A stretch of DNA of 64,000 bases from Gallionella sp. Its GTDB lineage: Bacteria; Pseudomonadota; Gammaproteobacteria; Burkholderiales; Gallionellaceae. The notes below the pieces were generated by a model, which worked only from the letters and a program-made list of their open reading frames with translations, was not told the DNA's origin and did no database searches. Below are positions 22,394 to 32,726 of this stretch, in pieces (position 1 is the stretch's first letter; each line of letters begins with the position of its first letter). The translations under genes were made by a program, and so were the position numbers. Location of the stretch: the NCBI GenBank assembly GCA_040079595.1, contig JBEBKA010000004.1, forward strand, positions 875 to 64,874. The letters are read 5' to 3'.

Positions 22394-22951
22394 TCAAACA
22401 GCCATCAGGTCAATTTCTTTTGCCGCCAACGCCTTGTCGATTTCAATGACAAAACGATCTGTCAGCTTTTGAATTTCATCTTGAGTGCGACGCTCTTCGT
22501 CTTCTGCAATTTCTTTATTTTTGAGTGCTTCTTTGAGGGTGTTATTGGCATCGCGGCGGATATTACGCACCGCGATTTTGGCATCTTCGCCTTCCGATTT
22601 AATCACCTTAATCAGATCGCGGCGACGCTCTTCAGTCAGCATGGGCATCGGCACACGGATCATGTCGCCATTCGTGGCAGGATTCAATCCCAAGTCGCCA
22701 TCGCGAATCGCGCGTTCAACCGGCCCCACCATGTTCTTTTCCCAAGGCTGAACACCAATAGTACGAGCGTCAATCAATGTCACGTTAGCGACTTGAGTGA
22801 TTAAAGTTGGGCTACCGTAATAGTCCACCATCACGTGATCCAGCAAGCCGGTATGCGCACGGCCTGTGCGCACTTTACCCAAGTCGGCTTTGAGCGAATC
22901 CAGCGACTTGTTCATTTTTTGTTCGGTTGTTTTTTTGATTTCAGTAATCAC
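22394..22951 (-). CDS. frr: Ribosome recycling factor
   Basis: [21 protein letters not shown]; GTG start. Confidence 0.97.
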   Translation of the reverse strand: MITEIKKTTEQKMNKSLDSLKADLGKVRTGRAHTGLLDHVMVDYYGSPTLITQVANVTLIDARTIGVQPWEKNMVGPVERAIRDGDLGLNPATNGDMIRVPMPMLTEERRRDLIKVIKSEGEDAKIAVRNIRRDANNTLKEALKNKEIAEDEERRTQDEIQKLTDRFVIEIDKALAAKEIDLMAV

Positions 22952-23048
22952 AATCTATCCCCTACGGAACTCATATTTCAAACATCATTGTCCACGAAAT
23001 ACGCGAAAGAACACGAACAAAAAATAAATTCAAGGCAATTTTCCGTCT

Positions 23049-23133
23049 TAAGGAAACATTAAATCAAGTCCCGCCGTTCGTGGTGAGTCCTTTGACAGGC
23101 TCAGGGCGAACGGACTTAATCAGAGCTTCCTTA
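23049..23133. repeat. Palindromic intergenic repeat between pyrH and frr
   Basis: TAAGGAA/TTCCTTA, AAGTCC/GGACTT and CCGTTCG/CGAACGG inverted pairs around GTGAGTCCTTTGACAGGCTCAGGG. Confidence 0.7.
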
Positions 23134-23177
23134 GCTTATTTCGTGCCTTTAATGTTTTTCGTGGACAACATTTTTAA

Positions 23178-23897
23178 TCAACTGACCCGGACTAGCGTGC
23201 CTTCACCCTCACCCATCACCACACGTTTCAAAGCACCCAGCTTGAATATACTGAACACGATGATCGGTAGTTTTTGGTCACGGCACAAGGTCAGTGCGGT
23301 CGCATCCATCACTTGCAAATTCTTGCTGATCGCCTCGTCAAAACTCAGACTTTGATAGCGAATCGCATTCGGATCTTTCTTAGGATCAGCCGTATAAATG
23401 CCATCCACCTTGGTGGCTTTGATCACCACTTCAGCGCACATCTCGACACCCCGCAACGCAGCAGCGGTGTCGGTCGTGAAGAATGGGCTACCAATACCCG
23501 CCGCAAAAATAACGACCTTGCCATCTTCCAGATAACGCAGTGCTTTGCCACGAATAAATGGCTCGGCAACTTGCTCCAGATTCAGTGCAGACTGTACGCG
23601 GCAATCCAACCCCGCGCGTGTCATGGCATCTTGCAACGCCATCGAATTCATCACCGTCGCCAACATGCCCATGTAATCGGCAGTCGCTCTATCCATGCCT
23701 GCCGCAGCGGGCGCGACACCACGGAATATATTGCCGCCACCAATCACAATCGCCACTTGCACGCCCAGCCCAACCACTTCCGCAATTTCCGCCACAATAC
23801 GTTCAATCACAGCGCGATTGATACCATAGCTGTCGTCGCCCATCAGGGCTTCGCCGCTTAGCTTGAGTAGGATACGTTTATAGGCAGGCGTGTTCAT
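23178..23897 (-). CDS. pyrH: UMP kinase
   Basis: [28 protein letters not shown]. Confidence 0.97.
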   Translation of the reverse strand: MNTPAYKRILLKLSGEALMGDDSYGINRAVIERIVAEIAEVVGLGVQVAIVIGGGNIFRGVAPAAAGMDRATADYMGMLATVMNSMALQDAMTRAGLDCRVQSALNLEQVAEPFIRGKALRYLEDGKVVIFAAGIGSPFFTTDTAAALRGVEMCAEVVIKATKVDGIYTADPKKDPNAIRYQSLSFDEAISKNLQVMDATALTLCRDQKLPIIVFSIFKLGALKRVVMGEGEGTLVRVS

Positions 23898-23902
23898 GGC
23901 AA

Positions 23903-24802
23903 TTATCCTTGTAACGCGGCAACAGTCTTAGCAACTTCCGCTGCGTAATCTTCCACTTTTTTCTCGATACCTTCACCGACCACAAACATTTGGAAAGCAG
24001 TCACCGATGCGCCTTTGCTTTTCAGAAATTGCTCAATGGTTTGCTTGCCGTCTTCTGCCTTAACAAACACCTGACCCAGCAGCGTGACTTCTTTGAGGAA
24101 TTTTTGCACCGTACCTTCGGCAATCTTTTCCAACATCTCGGCTGGCTTGCCCGCTTCGCGCGCTTTTTCAATCGCAATACGACGCTCGGTGTCGATGTCG
24201 GCTTGCAACACGCCCGACGCATCTACCGATTTTGGTTTGCTTGCCGCAATGTGCATCGCAATGTCTTTACCCATTGCCTCATCACCGCCAGTGAACTCCA
24301 ACATCACGCCGATTTTGCTGCCGTGCAAATAGCTGGTTAATTTGCCAGCCGATGACGCATAACGCTGGAAGCGGCGAATCGTCAGGTTCTCACCCAACTT
24401 CATCAGCAACGCTTGGCGCGTATCTTCGACACTCGCCGACCCACCTGCAATGTTCATTGAAGACAGGGCAGTCACGTCAGCAGGATTATTTTGGGTAACC
24501 GTTTCTGCAACGCTCTTGGCAAATGCGACGAAATCCGCATTCTTCGCCACAAAATCAGTTTCGCAATTTACTTCAACTACCGCACCTGTTTTGCCATCCA
24601 CCGAGATAAAGGCATTCACTACACCTTCGGCAGTAACACGGCTCGCAGCTTTGCTAGCCTTCGCACCGCTCTTGATACGCATTTGCTCTTCGGCAACCTT
24701 CATATCACCGTTGGCTTCAACTAACGCTTTTTTACATTCCATCATGCCCAAGCCAGTTAGCTCGCGCAATTCTTTAACCATACCTGCTGTTACTTCTGCC
24801 AT
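23903..24802 (-). CDS. tsf: Elongation factor Ts
   Basis: [29 protein letters not shown]. Confidence 0.97.
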   Translation of the reverse strand: MAEVTAGMVKELRELTGLGMMECKKALVEANGDMKVAEEQMRIKSGAKASKAASRVTAEGVVNAFISVDGKTGAVVEVNCETDFVAKNADFVAFAKSVAETVTQNNPADVTALSSMNIAGGSASVEDTRQALLMKLGENLTIRRFQRYASSAGKLTSYLHGSKIGVMLEFTGGDEAMGKDIAMHIAASKPKSVDASGVLQADIDTERRIAIEKAREAGKPAEMLEKIAEGTVQKFLKEVTLLGQVFVKAEDGKQTIEQFLKSKGASVTAFQMFVVGEGIEKKVEDYAAEVAKTVAALQG

Positions 24803-24834
24803 TTCAAACTCCTAATAAATAAACTTAAATTTTG

Positions 24835-26508
24835 TTAGTCCGTTACCGCGCCTTTGCTAGCTGACGACACAAGCTTTGCATATTTCGCCAACACCCCGCG
24901 TGTATAGCGCGGTACAGGCGGTTGCCAAGCTGCACGACGACGGGCAATTTCCTCATCGGACACATTCAGTTGCAACAAACGCTGATCCGCATCAATGGTC
25001 ACTGAATCGCCTTCGTTCACCAGTGCAATCGTACCGCCTACTGCCGCCTCAGGCGCAACGTGCCCCACCACCATGCCGTAAGTGCCCCCGGAGAAACGAC
25101 CATCGGTAATCAGACCGACTGAATCGCCCAAGCCTTCGCCGATAATCGCCGAGGTGGGAGATAACATCTCGCGCATACCGGGGCCGCCTTTCGGGCCTTC
25201 ATAACGAATAATGACCACATCGCCCGCGTGAATTTTTCTCGCGAGGATAGCCGCCATGCAGGTTTCTTCCGAATCAAATACGCGCGCGGGACCGGTAATT
25301 TTCGCCAACTTCACGCCCGTTATTTTTGCTACTGCGCCCTCGGTGGCCAAATTGCCTTTCAAAATTGCCAAATGACCTTGTGCATAAATGGGGTGATTCC
25401 ACGGACGAATCACATCTTGATCCTTGCGCGGCTCATTCGGCACATCCTGCAAAACTTCCGCAATGGTCTGACCAGTAATCGTCAAACAATCACCATGCAG
25501 CGCGCCATTCGCCAGCAAAATTTTCATCACTTGCGGAATGCCACCCGCTTGATGCAAATCAGTCGCGACATATTTTCCCGAAGGCTTCAAATCACACAAC
25601 ACGGGTACGCGACCACGAATAACTTCCACGTCATCTATCGTCAGCGGCACTTGCGCAGCATGAGCAATCGCCAGCATGTGCAGCACGGCGTTGGTTGAGC
25701 CGCCTGTTGCCATGGTCACCGCAATCGCATTCTCAAATGCTTTACGCGTCAAAATTTGACGCGGCAGAATTTGTTTCTTGATCGCGTTCACCAACACGTC
25801 GGCAGACTGCGCGGTGCTTTCCGCTTTTTCCGCATCTTCCGCCGCCATGGTGGATGAATTCATCAAGCTCAATCCCATCGCTTCGATGATTGAAGACATC
25901 GTATTTGCGGTATACATACCGCCGCACGAACCCGCACCGGGGCATGCACTACGCTCAATCGCCAACAATTCTTCAGCGTCAATTTTGTTCGCCGAAAATT
26001 GCCCGACCGCTTCAAACGCGCTCACGATGGTCAAATCACGCCCCTTGTGATGTCCCGGCTTAATCGTTCCGCCATACACAAAAATCGCAGGAATGTTCAA
26101 ACGCGCAATCGCAATCATCGCACCCGGCATATTTTTGTCGCAGCCGCCGATAGCCAGTACACCGTCCATGCTCTGACCGTTACATACCGTCTCAATAGAA
26201 TCGGCAATCACTTCGCGTGATACCAAGGAGAATTTCATTCCTTCCGTACCCATCGAAATACCATCGGAAATAGTGATTGTGCCGAACACTTGCGGCATCG
26301 CGCCAGCTTCCTTCAAAGCCGATTCCGCGCGGGCAGCCAATGCACCAATCCCCATGTTGCAGGGAGTAATGGTGCTGTGTGCGTTCGCCACACCCACGAT
26401 GGGCTTATCAAAATCTTTATCACCAAATCCCACCGCGCGCAACATGGCGCGATTCGGTGAGCGTTGCACACCCTGGGTAACGGTTTTACTTCTGAGGTTA
26501 TCGGACAT
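24835..26508 (-). CDS. ilvD: Dihydroxy-acid dehydratase
   Basis: [42 protein letters not shown]. Confidence 0.96.
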   Translation of the reverse strand: MSDNLRSKTVTQGVQRSPNRAMLRAVGFGDKDFDKPIVGVANAHSTITPCNMGIGALAARAESALKEAGAMPQVFGTITISDGISMGTEGMKFSLVSREVIADSIETVCNGQSMDGVLAIGGCDKNMPGAMIAIARLNIPAIFVYGGTIKPGHHKGRDLTIVSAFEAVGQFSANKIDAEELLAIERSACPGAGSCGGMYTANTMSSIIEAMGLSLMNSSTMAAEDAEKAESTAQSADVLVNAIKKQILPRQILTRKAFENAIAVTMATGGSTNAVLHMLAIAHAAQVPLTIDDVEVIRGRVPVLCDLKPSGKYVATDLHQAGGIPQVMKILLANGALHGDCLTITGQTIAEVLQDVPNEPRKDQDVIRPWNHPIYAQGHLAILKGNLATEGAVAKITGVKLAKITGPARVFDSEETCMAAILARKIHAGDVVIIRYEGPKGGPGMREMLSPTSAIIGEGLGDSVGLITDGRFSGGTYGMVVGHVAPEAAVGGTIALVNEGDSVTIDADQRLLQLNVSDEEIARRRAAWQPPVPRYTRGVLAKYAKLVSSASKGAVTD

Positions 26509-26536
26509 ACTTGTCGCCTCTAAAAAATACTTATAC

Positions 26537-26560
26537 AAAAAGGGGCTCGCGCCCCTTTCT
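26537..26560 (-). terminator. Intrinsic terminator/attenuator downstream of rpsB
   Basis: AAAGGGGC-GCGA-GCCCCTTT followed by TT-GTAT on the minus strand. Confidence 0.65.
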
Positions 26561-26575
26561 GCGAATCACTTGAAA

Positions 26576-27310
26576 TTAAGCGGCGGCTTCAGTTGCCGGT
26601 TCGGCAATCTGTTCAACCAACTCATTCAACGCTTGCGCGCGACCTTCCAATACAGCATCGGCTATACCACGGGCATACAAACGAATCGCTTGAGTAGAGT
26701 CGTCGTTACCCGGAATGACATAATCCACGCCCAATGGTGAGTTGTTTGTATCAACAATACCGATGACGGGAATGCCCAATTTTTGCGCTTCAACAATCGC
26801 GCCTTTTTGGTAGCCAACGTCAATCACGAACAACGCGGATGGCAAACCTGCCATATCCTTGATGCCGCCCAGACTGCGATTCAACTTCTCCAATTCGCGC
26901 GCCATCATCAACGCTTCTTTTTTGGACACTTTTTCATTCGCGCCATCAGCAGTCATTTGCTCCAATTCACGCAAACGCTTGATAGAGAGTTGCACAGTCT
27001 TGTGGTTAGTCAACATGCCACCCAACCAACGGTGATTAACGAAAGGAGAGTCTGCGCGAACCGCTTCTTCTTGCAGAATATCGCGCGCTTGACGCTTGGT
27101 TGCCACGAACAAAATCGTGCCTTTTTTCGCGGACAATTTGCGCACGAAATTTTCCGCTTCGGCAAACAGCGAAACGGTTTTTTCCAAGTTGATGATATGA
27201 ATTTTGTTGCGATGACCGAAGATGAACGGAGCCATCTTGGGATTCCAGAAACGCGTTTGGTGACCAAAATGAACACCCGCTTCCAACATTTGACGCATAG
27301 TTACAGCCAT
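26576..27310 (-). CDS. rpsB: 30S ribosomal protein S2
   Basis: [34 protein letters not shown]. Confidence 0.98.
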   Translation of the reverse strand: MAVTMRQMLEAGVHFGHQTRFWNPKMAPFIFGHRNKIHIINLEKTVSLFAEAENFVRKLSAKKGTILFVATKRQARDILQEEAVRADSPFVNHRWLGGMLTNHKTVQLSIKRLRELEQMTADGANEKVSKKEALMMARELEKLNRSLGGIKDMAGLPSALFVIDVGYQKGAIVEAQKLGIPVIGIVDTNNSPLGVDYVIPGNDDSTQAIRLYARGIADAVLEGRAQALNELVEQIAEPATEAAA

Positions 27311-27413
27311 GATTACTCCACGTGTTAAGGGTTAAAACTACCACTCGCTAGCTTGACTCCGAAGAGCACCCCAACTGGTGCGAGCGGGAAATTTGCCTCG
27401 GACTATTCCGAAG
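27311..27413 (-). ncRNA. rpsB 5' leader (t44-like S2 autoregulatory element)
   Basis: Minus strand has GGGGTG-CTCTTCGGAG-TC hairpin and TAACCC, as in proteobacterial rpsB leaders. Confidence 0.65.
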
Positions 27414-27430
27414 CGGCGCGCATTCTATCA
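27414..27430 (-). promoter_or_regulatory. rpsB extended -10 promoter with GC-rich discriminator
   Basis: TG-A-TAGAAT-GCGCGCCG on the minus strand. Confidence 0.65.
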
Positions 27431-27534
27431 CCAAAGCGGCACTTACCTCAACCCGCGAATCTCCTCCGAATTACCTCAAGATAGATGTTACAGAAGAGTA
27501 GCCGAATGCGTACCGCAGTATTTGGATTGATGTT

Positions 27535-28521
27535 TTATTGGTGCGATGCAAACAATGCCGCGCCATACAATGCCGCTTTGTCATTCAAAATCACCTTCAC
27601 GGGCATGGCTTCCAATAGCGGGCGCATCCGCCCTTTGCTGAAAAATGCCTTTAAGAAAATTCCATTTTGCAAACGCGATAAAATCTTCGGCGCGATGCCA
27701 CCGCCTAGATAAACACCACCGCGACTCATCATCTTGAGTGCCAAATTTCCTGCCTCTGCGCCGTACAACTGCAAAAACCAATCCAAGGTTTCCACACACA
27801 ATTCGTCACGCTCTGACATCGCCGCATTGGCAATCGCCGCTGCCACATCGCCCTTTTCCATTTCTTCATTCAGCCAAGCGGGGACGGTAGCATGATGGTA
27901 ATGACACATAAACTCATACAGCGCGACGATGCCCATGCCCGACACCACGCGCTCCCAACTCACATGTTCATAACGCTGCTGCAAATACTTGAGTAATGCA
28001 AATTCACGGTCATCGCTAGCAGTAAAGCTGGTGTGTCCGCCTTCTGTGGCAAAGGGTTGATGCGCGTGACCATTCCAAAACAAACCCGCCTCTCCTAATC
28101 CCGTGCCAGCCGCAATCACGGCTTGGTTATCCATTGTGTTGGCAGCTCCTTCGTGCAAAGTAAATAAATCCGTCTCACCCAGTGCAGGCAAGCCACATGC
28201 CGTCGCTTCCAAATCATTGAGCAACACACAACGCGCAAAACCAAATTGACGTTGCAACGCACTCGCATCAATCTGCCAAGGCAAATTTGTGGTCTGTACC
28301 ACCCTGCCCTGCACCGGTCCGGCAATGCCGAACCCCGCGCAGCTAGGAATATCCATGCCTTGCAAAAAATTAGCAACCAACTCATCAAAAGTCGGATAAT
28401 TTTGGCTGAGGTAACTCACTTCATGCAGCGTGTTCAACTGCGTGCCATTCACCTCGATGATAGCGAGGCGCGTTTTCGTACCGCCGATGTCGCCACTTAA
28501 AACTGTGCTTTTTGTTTGCAT
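27535..28521 (-). CDS. glk: Glucokinase
   Basis: GDIGGTKTRL, LLNDLEA, GTGLG, EGGH, GGIAPKI. Confidence 0.93.
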   Translation of the reverse strand: MQTKSTVLSGDIGGTKTRLAIIEVNGTQLNTLHEVSYLSQNYPTFDELVANFLQGMDIPSCAGFGIAGPVQGRVVQTTNLPWQIDASALQRQFGFARCVLLNDLEATACGLPALGETDLFTLHEGAANTMDNQAVIAAGTGLGEAGLFWNGHAHQPFATEGGHTSFTASDDREFALLKYLQQRYEHVSWERVVSGMGIVALYEFMCHYHHATVPAWLNEEMEKGDVAAAIANAAMSERDELCVETLDWFLQLYGAEAGNLALKMMSRGGVYLGGGIAPKILSRLQNGIFLKAFFSKGRMRPLLEAMPVKVILNDKAALYGAALFASHQ

Positions 28522-28786
28522 GTTTGACTCCTTGACTCATTACTCGTTACCGAGTTAGCCGTCCAACCATCTACCAGTCCTCCAGCGCGCCAGACTACAA
28601 CAGTTTTTACCGCGAGATAGTGCCAACAAACGCTTTGCCAAGATTCAATATAGCTTAAAACGCCTCGCCAAGGTTAAGTCAAACGTTATAATTCAAAAAT
28701 TGAACCAGCGAAGTCAATAGATTGTTGACAACCTCGTAAAACGGTATCATTTGACTATCTAAAAGCGTTGCAAGTATCCCAAGTAT

Positions 28787-29518
28787 ATGCCACACAAACA
28801 CACCCTCCCCAAGCAGGACAGCTTTAGCGGATCGGATTTATTAGCCGAGCTGGCTGGCGAAGCAACGCAAAAACTTCAGGCACTCAAAACCGAGGAACTT
28901 GACCGCCAAGCAAAATCGCAAAGTTTACATGAGGCATTGGGTCAAATTTTTTATTTCCTAAGCCCATTTTCAACGCACTTAAATCGGATCAAACCTGTCA
29001 TCTCACGCACCTACAGTGTTGACCCCCAGGCTAAGTACATCAACCTTCAGTGGGGCGATGCTTCGGCAGATTTTCGCAAACAAGGTCTTGCTGACACGGC
29101 CTATTACGATCACATTTCATTTCGTGTGAGATTGTCCGCATCCAATCCCGTGTATGTAAAACGCCGCTGGAATGAGGTTGAAAGCCTCAAAATGGATTTG
29201 AATGCGTTTGGTTTGCGCACACTGGATAATCTTGACGAAGTGGTGCGCAGCAAACCCAATCAAGAATTTTTTGAAGTGGCATTGGCTGCCGATTTTTTGA
29301 TGCGCATCCAGTTTCAAGGTAATTACGACACCGGTAAAATTGATTTGCTATGCAATAATTTTGATGGCTTTGGTCTAGCCTCTTACACGCTCGAACCCGA
29401 AACTGTCACGCAGCAGCTGCTGGATGAGATTGGGCGATTCCTACTGGGTAGAGCTGATATCTTGCCCGTACTTTTAAGCAGCACACGCTACCTTCCTAAA
29501 CAGGCGATTTACCGCTAG
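28787..29518 (+). CDS. Hypothetical protein
   Basis: 243-aa ORF co-oriented with the next gene; no motif recognised. Confidence 0.6.
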   Translation: MPHKHTLPKQDSFSGSDLLAELAGEATQKLQALKTEELDRQAKSQSLHEALGQIFYFLSPFSTHLNRIKPVISRTYSVDPQAKYINLQWGDASADFRKQGLADTAYYDHISFRVRLSASNPVYVKRRWNEVESLKMDLNAFGLRTLDNLDEVVRSKPNQEFFEVALAADFLMRIQFQGNYDTGKIDLLCNNFDGFGLASYTLEPETVTQQLLDEIGRFLLGRADILPVLLSSTRYLPKQAIYR

Positions 29519-29525
29519 GTACGCC

Positions 29526-30599
29526 GTGCCGCATCTCGTTGTATCCATTTCTGGTCACGGCTTCGGTCATGTGGCGCAAACTGCGCCGATACTCAATGCC
29601 TTGCACCAACTCATGCCGACGTTACGCATCACGGTGCGCTCCACTGTGCCGCATGCTCATTTACGTTCCCGCATTCATGCACCCTTCATACGCCAGCAAA
29701 GTGAGGGAGATATTGGCATGATAATGGCTTCCGCATTAAAGGTGGATGTCAAAAAAAGTCGCGCTGCATATCAAAATTTCCATGTGAATTGGAGTAAGCG
29801 TGTTGCCGATGAAGCAAAATTATTGAGCGAGCTTAAAGCGGATGTGGTGTTCTCCAACGTGGGTTATTTACCTCTCGCGGGGGCGCAATTGGCTGGCATT
29901 CCCAATGCGGCTTTATGCTCATTAAATTGGGCAGACATCTACCGCCACTACTGTGGTGAAAATAAGATCACCGCGCAAATACACACCTGCTATGCCAATG
30001 CCGACGCTTTTTTTCGCGCCACACCAGGCATGAATATGAATGATTTACCCAACCTTATTCCTGTCTCGCCAATCGCAGACATCGGCACAAACCGTCGTGA
30101 TGAAATCAATCAAAAATTGAATTTATCATCCGATGAGAAATTGGTATTGGTCAGCATGGGTGGCATCACCAGCCGCTTACCAATAGAACGCTGGCAACGT
30201 ATTAACGGCGTGAAATGGCTGGTACAACAAAATTGGGATGTGCAACATCCCGATGTCATCGTACTTGAAACATTAGAAATGAACTTCGGTGATGCACTTT
30301 CCAGTTGCGATGCACTGCTGTGCAAGCCAGGCTACGGCAGCTTTGTTGAAGCCGCGTACAGCGGCATACCTGTGTTGTATATCAACCGTCCCGATTGGCC
30401 AGAAACACCCGCACTAGTGGAATGGCTACAACGACATGGTGTGTGCCGAGAAGTGTCGCAGAGCATCCTCGAAAAACATGAAATTGAAAATATTCTACCA
30501 ACATTATGGAACTCTAATGAATTTAAGCAGGTCACATCGCCAACAAAAAATCGGATCACCGAGTGGCTACTACGAAAATTAGACTCATCCGCAATTTGA
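29526..30599 (+). CDS. GT-B glycosyltransferase-like protein (resembles L-arabinokinase N-terminal domain)
   Basis: ISGHGFGHVAQ, VSMGG, KPGYGSFVEA, WPETPAL. Confidence 0.65.
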   Translation: MPHLVVSISGHGFGHVAQTAPILNALHQLMPTLRITVRSTVPHAHLRSRIHAPFIRQQSEGDIGMIMASALKVDVKKSRAAYQNFHVNWSKRVADEAKLLSELKADVVFSNVGYLPLAGAQLAGIPNAALCSLNWADIYRHYCGENKITAQIHTCYANADAFFRATPGMNMNDLPNLIPVSPIADIGTNRRDEINQKLNLSSDEKLVLVSMGGITSRLPIERWQRINGVKWLVQQNWDVQHPDVIVLETLEMNFGDALSSCDALLCKPGYGSFVEAAYSGIPVLYINRPDWPETPALVEWLQRHGVCREVSQSILEKHEIENILPTLWNSNEFKQVTSPTKNRITEWLLRKLDSSAI

Positions 30600-30652
30600 T
30601 TGATAACGTTTTCTCAATTACATAATTTAACGAAAATTACTACTTTAACTTC

Positions 30653-31690
30653 ATGAATCTTTCATATTCGAGCCTTGATATAGCTCAAGATCCAACATCC
30701 CTTCGCACCTCACCCGAAGCTCTTTTCAAACTAGGTTCAGCTTTTTATCAGCAAGGAAAAGTCGATGAGGCACTGCAACATCTCGAAAGATGCGTGGAAC
30801 TCAAGCCCGATTTGGCTGAAGCATACTTAACGCTCAATAAAATTTATCAGCAACAGAATCGCCCAGACTTTGCTGCTGCCAGCCTGATGTTGTACCTTGA
30901 CTATGTACCCAATTCAATTGCGGTACTGTTTGATTTGGGCAACCTGTTTGCCGCATACAAAGATTATGGAAATGCAACGATTTACTTCCAACGTATTCTG
31001 GAGATTGACCCAGATAATGGGTCTGCACGCCACGCGGTTGCCGCGTTAACAGGTGAAACCACCCTGTCCGCGCCGCGCCAACATGTACAAAATTTATTCG
31101 ATGGCATGGCCGATAGCTTTGAAAGTCACTTAACAGAACTCAGATATTTTGCGCCTGAAAAACTAAAGGAAATGCTGTTTTCCCTATCAAGGGGAAAACC
31201 CCACTTTCATCGCGCTATTGACTTCGGGTGTGGCACAGGCTTGTCGGGTATCCAATTCCGACCACTGGTCACACATTTCACAGGCGTTGATTTATCCCCC
31301 AAAATGATCAACATCGCTCGCGAAAGAAAAATTTATGACGAACTCGCCATAGAGGATGTTTGCCAATTCATCGAATCATCGAATCAACAATACGATTTAT
31401 TTATTGCTACGGATGTCTTCATTTACGTTGGAGATATTGCACATTTATTCCAAATGGTCAGCGCGCATTCATTGCCTGGTGCGCATTTCCTTTTCACCAC
31501 CGAAGTAGCCTCTGAGGAAAAAAACTACGTTTTGCGCCCGACTGGGCGTTATGCTCATTCGCGACATTACATCGAAATGTTAGCAAACACGCATGGTTTC
31601 GACATTCAAGCATCTGTACTCGAAGACCTACGTAATGAAGGACTCCAACCCATCAAAGGTGAATTGTTTGTGTTACGGGTAAAAAAATAA
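30653..31690 (+). CDS. TPR-containing SAM-dependent methyltransferase
   Basis: N-terminal TPRs; LFDGMADSFE, DFGCGTGL, GVDLSPKM, RYAHS. Confidence 0.85.
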   Translation: MNLSYSSLDIAQDPTSLRTSPEALFKLGSAFYQQGKVDEALQHLERCVELKPDLAEAYLTLNKIYQQQNRPDFAAASLMLYLDYVPNSIAVLFDLGNLFAAYKDYGNATIYFQRILEIDPDNGSARHAVAALTGETTLSAPRQHVQNLFDGMADSFESHLTELRYFAPEKLKEMLFSLSRGKPHFHRAIDFGCGTGLSGIQFRPLVTHFTGVDLSPKMINIARERKIYDELAIEDVCQFIESSNQQYDLFIATDVFIYVGDIAHLFQMVSAHSLPGAHFLFTTEVASEEKNYVLRPTGRYAHSRHYIEMLANTHGFDIQASVLEDLRNEGLQPIKGELFVLRVKK

Positions 31691-31700
31691 ACTCGTAACC

Positions 31701-31857
31701 TTAATGAAGATGTGAGTGTCCTTCATCATCATGCACATGCTCTAACTCTTCTGCCGTGGCTGCGCGTATGCCCGTTACGGCGCAGCTAAAAGAGCGTCTT
31801 GCTTGCTAATGGATGGTTGCCATTCACGGTAACTTCATCGTCATTCACTTCAATCAC
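31701..31857 (-). pseudogene. 3' fragment of SlyD-type FKBP peptidyl-prolyl isomerase (frameshifted)
   Basis: VIEVNDDEVTVNGNHPLASKTLF / SCAVTGIRAATAEELEHVHDDEGHSHLH*; NHPLA and His-rich tail. Confidence 0.75.
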
Positions 31858-31975
31858 TGTATGACCATTCAAGATCGGCTTTCAAAAACCATTTAACAAA
31901 GTGCTCGAACTGCTTGCCGCGTTTGGCGGGGTCAGCATTGAGGCTGGTGTATAAATCGGCGAATTGAGCGTTCAT
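31850..31975 (-). pseudogene. 5' fragment resembling the N-terminus of restriction endonuclease/helicase (type ISP/IIG-like) proteins
   Basis: MNAQFADLYTSLNADPAKRGKQFEHFVKWFLKADLEW, stopping after 41 codons. Confidence 0.5.
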
Positions 31976-31991
31976 TTCAACAGATCAGTCA

Positions 31992-32726
31992 TTATTCCAA
32001 CCAAATAAACGTGCCCATCCGCCCTGTCACGCCATCACGGCGGTAAGAAAAAAATCTTTGTGTATCTTTATAAGTGCAGTAATCAGAGCCGTAGATTTGT
32101 GTAATGCCAAGTGCATTCAATCGTATGCGCGCTAACGCATAAATATCGGCTAACCATTTGCCGCCCTGCCCTGCAACAAATGCACTCTCAGCTTTTGGAT
32201 CGGCAGCAATAAAAACTTCACGGACTTCCGCGCCCACTTCAAACGCAGGTTGACTGATTGCAGGCCCCAGCCATGCCATTAAATTTTGTGCGGGAACACT
32301 CATCGTTTGCACAGTGGCTTCGATCACACCCGCCGCCAATCCTTTCCAGCCCGCATGAACCGCGCCGACGACAGTGCCTTGTTGATCGCACAACAACACA
32401 GGCAAGCAATCCGCCGTCATCACCACACACACCGATGCACGTCGTGTGGCAATACACGCATCGGCTTGTGGCAAGCAGCTCGCGTTGCCTGCATTCGCCA
32501 CCAGGATGCCATGCACTTGTTCCAACCAAACTGGCTCACTCGGCATCAGGGTATTAAGCAACATGCGATTGCGCGCAACATCCAACGGTGCATCGCCCAC
32601 ATGGCTGCCGAGGTTGAGGCTATCGTAAGGCGCGCGGCTTACACCGCCCGAACGGGTAGTCTGCAAGGCACGCATATTGGGCGGTGCAGGCCAGTCAGGA
32701 ATAATCAGATGATCACGCAAGCTCAT
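31992..32726 (-). CDS. pgeF: Peptidoglycan editing factor PgeF/YfiH
   Basis: NLGSHVGD, LEQVHG, TADCLPV, HAGWKG, FFSYRR. Confidence 0.93.
   Translation of the reverse strand: MSLRDHLIIPDWPAPPNMRALQTTRSGGVSRAPYDSLNLGSHVGDAPLDVARNRMLLNTLMPSEPVWLEQVHGILVANAGNASCLPQADACIATRRASVCVVMTADCLPVLLCDQQGTVVGAVHAGWKGLAAGVIEATVQTMSVPAQNLMAWLGPAISQPAFEVGAEVREVFIAADPKAESAFVAGQGGKWLADIYALARIRLNALGITQIYGSDYCTYKDTQRFFSYRRDGVTGRMGTFIWLE

Noticed and set aside
30599-30618. Fur/FNR-like palindrome ATTGA-N10-TCAAT before the TPR methyltransferase
   Set aside because: Spacing fits neither the 7-1-7 Fur box nor TTGAT-N4-ATCAA; the region is AT-rich
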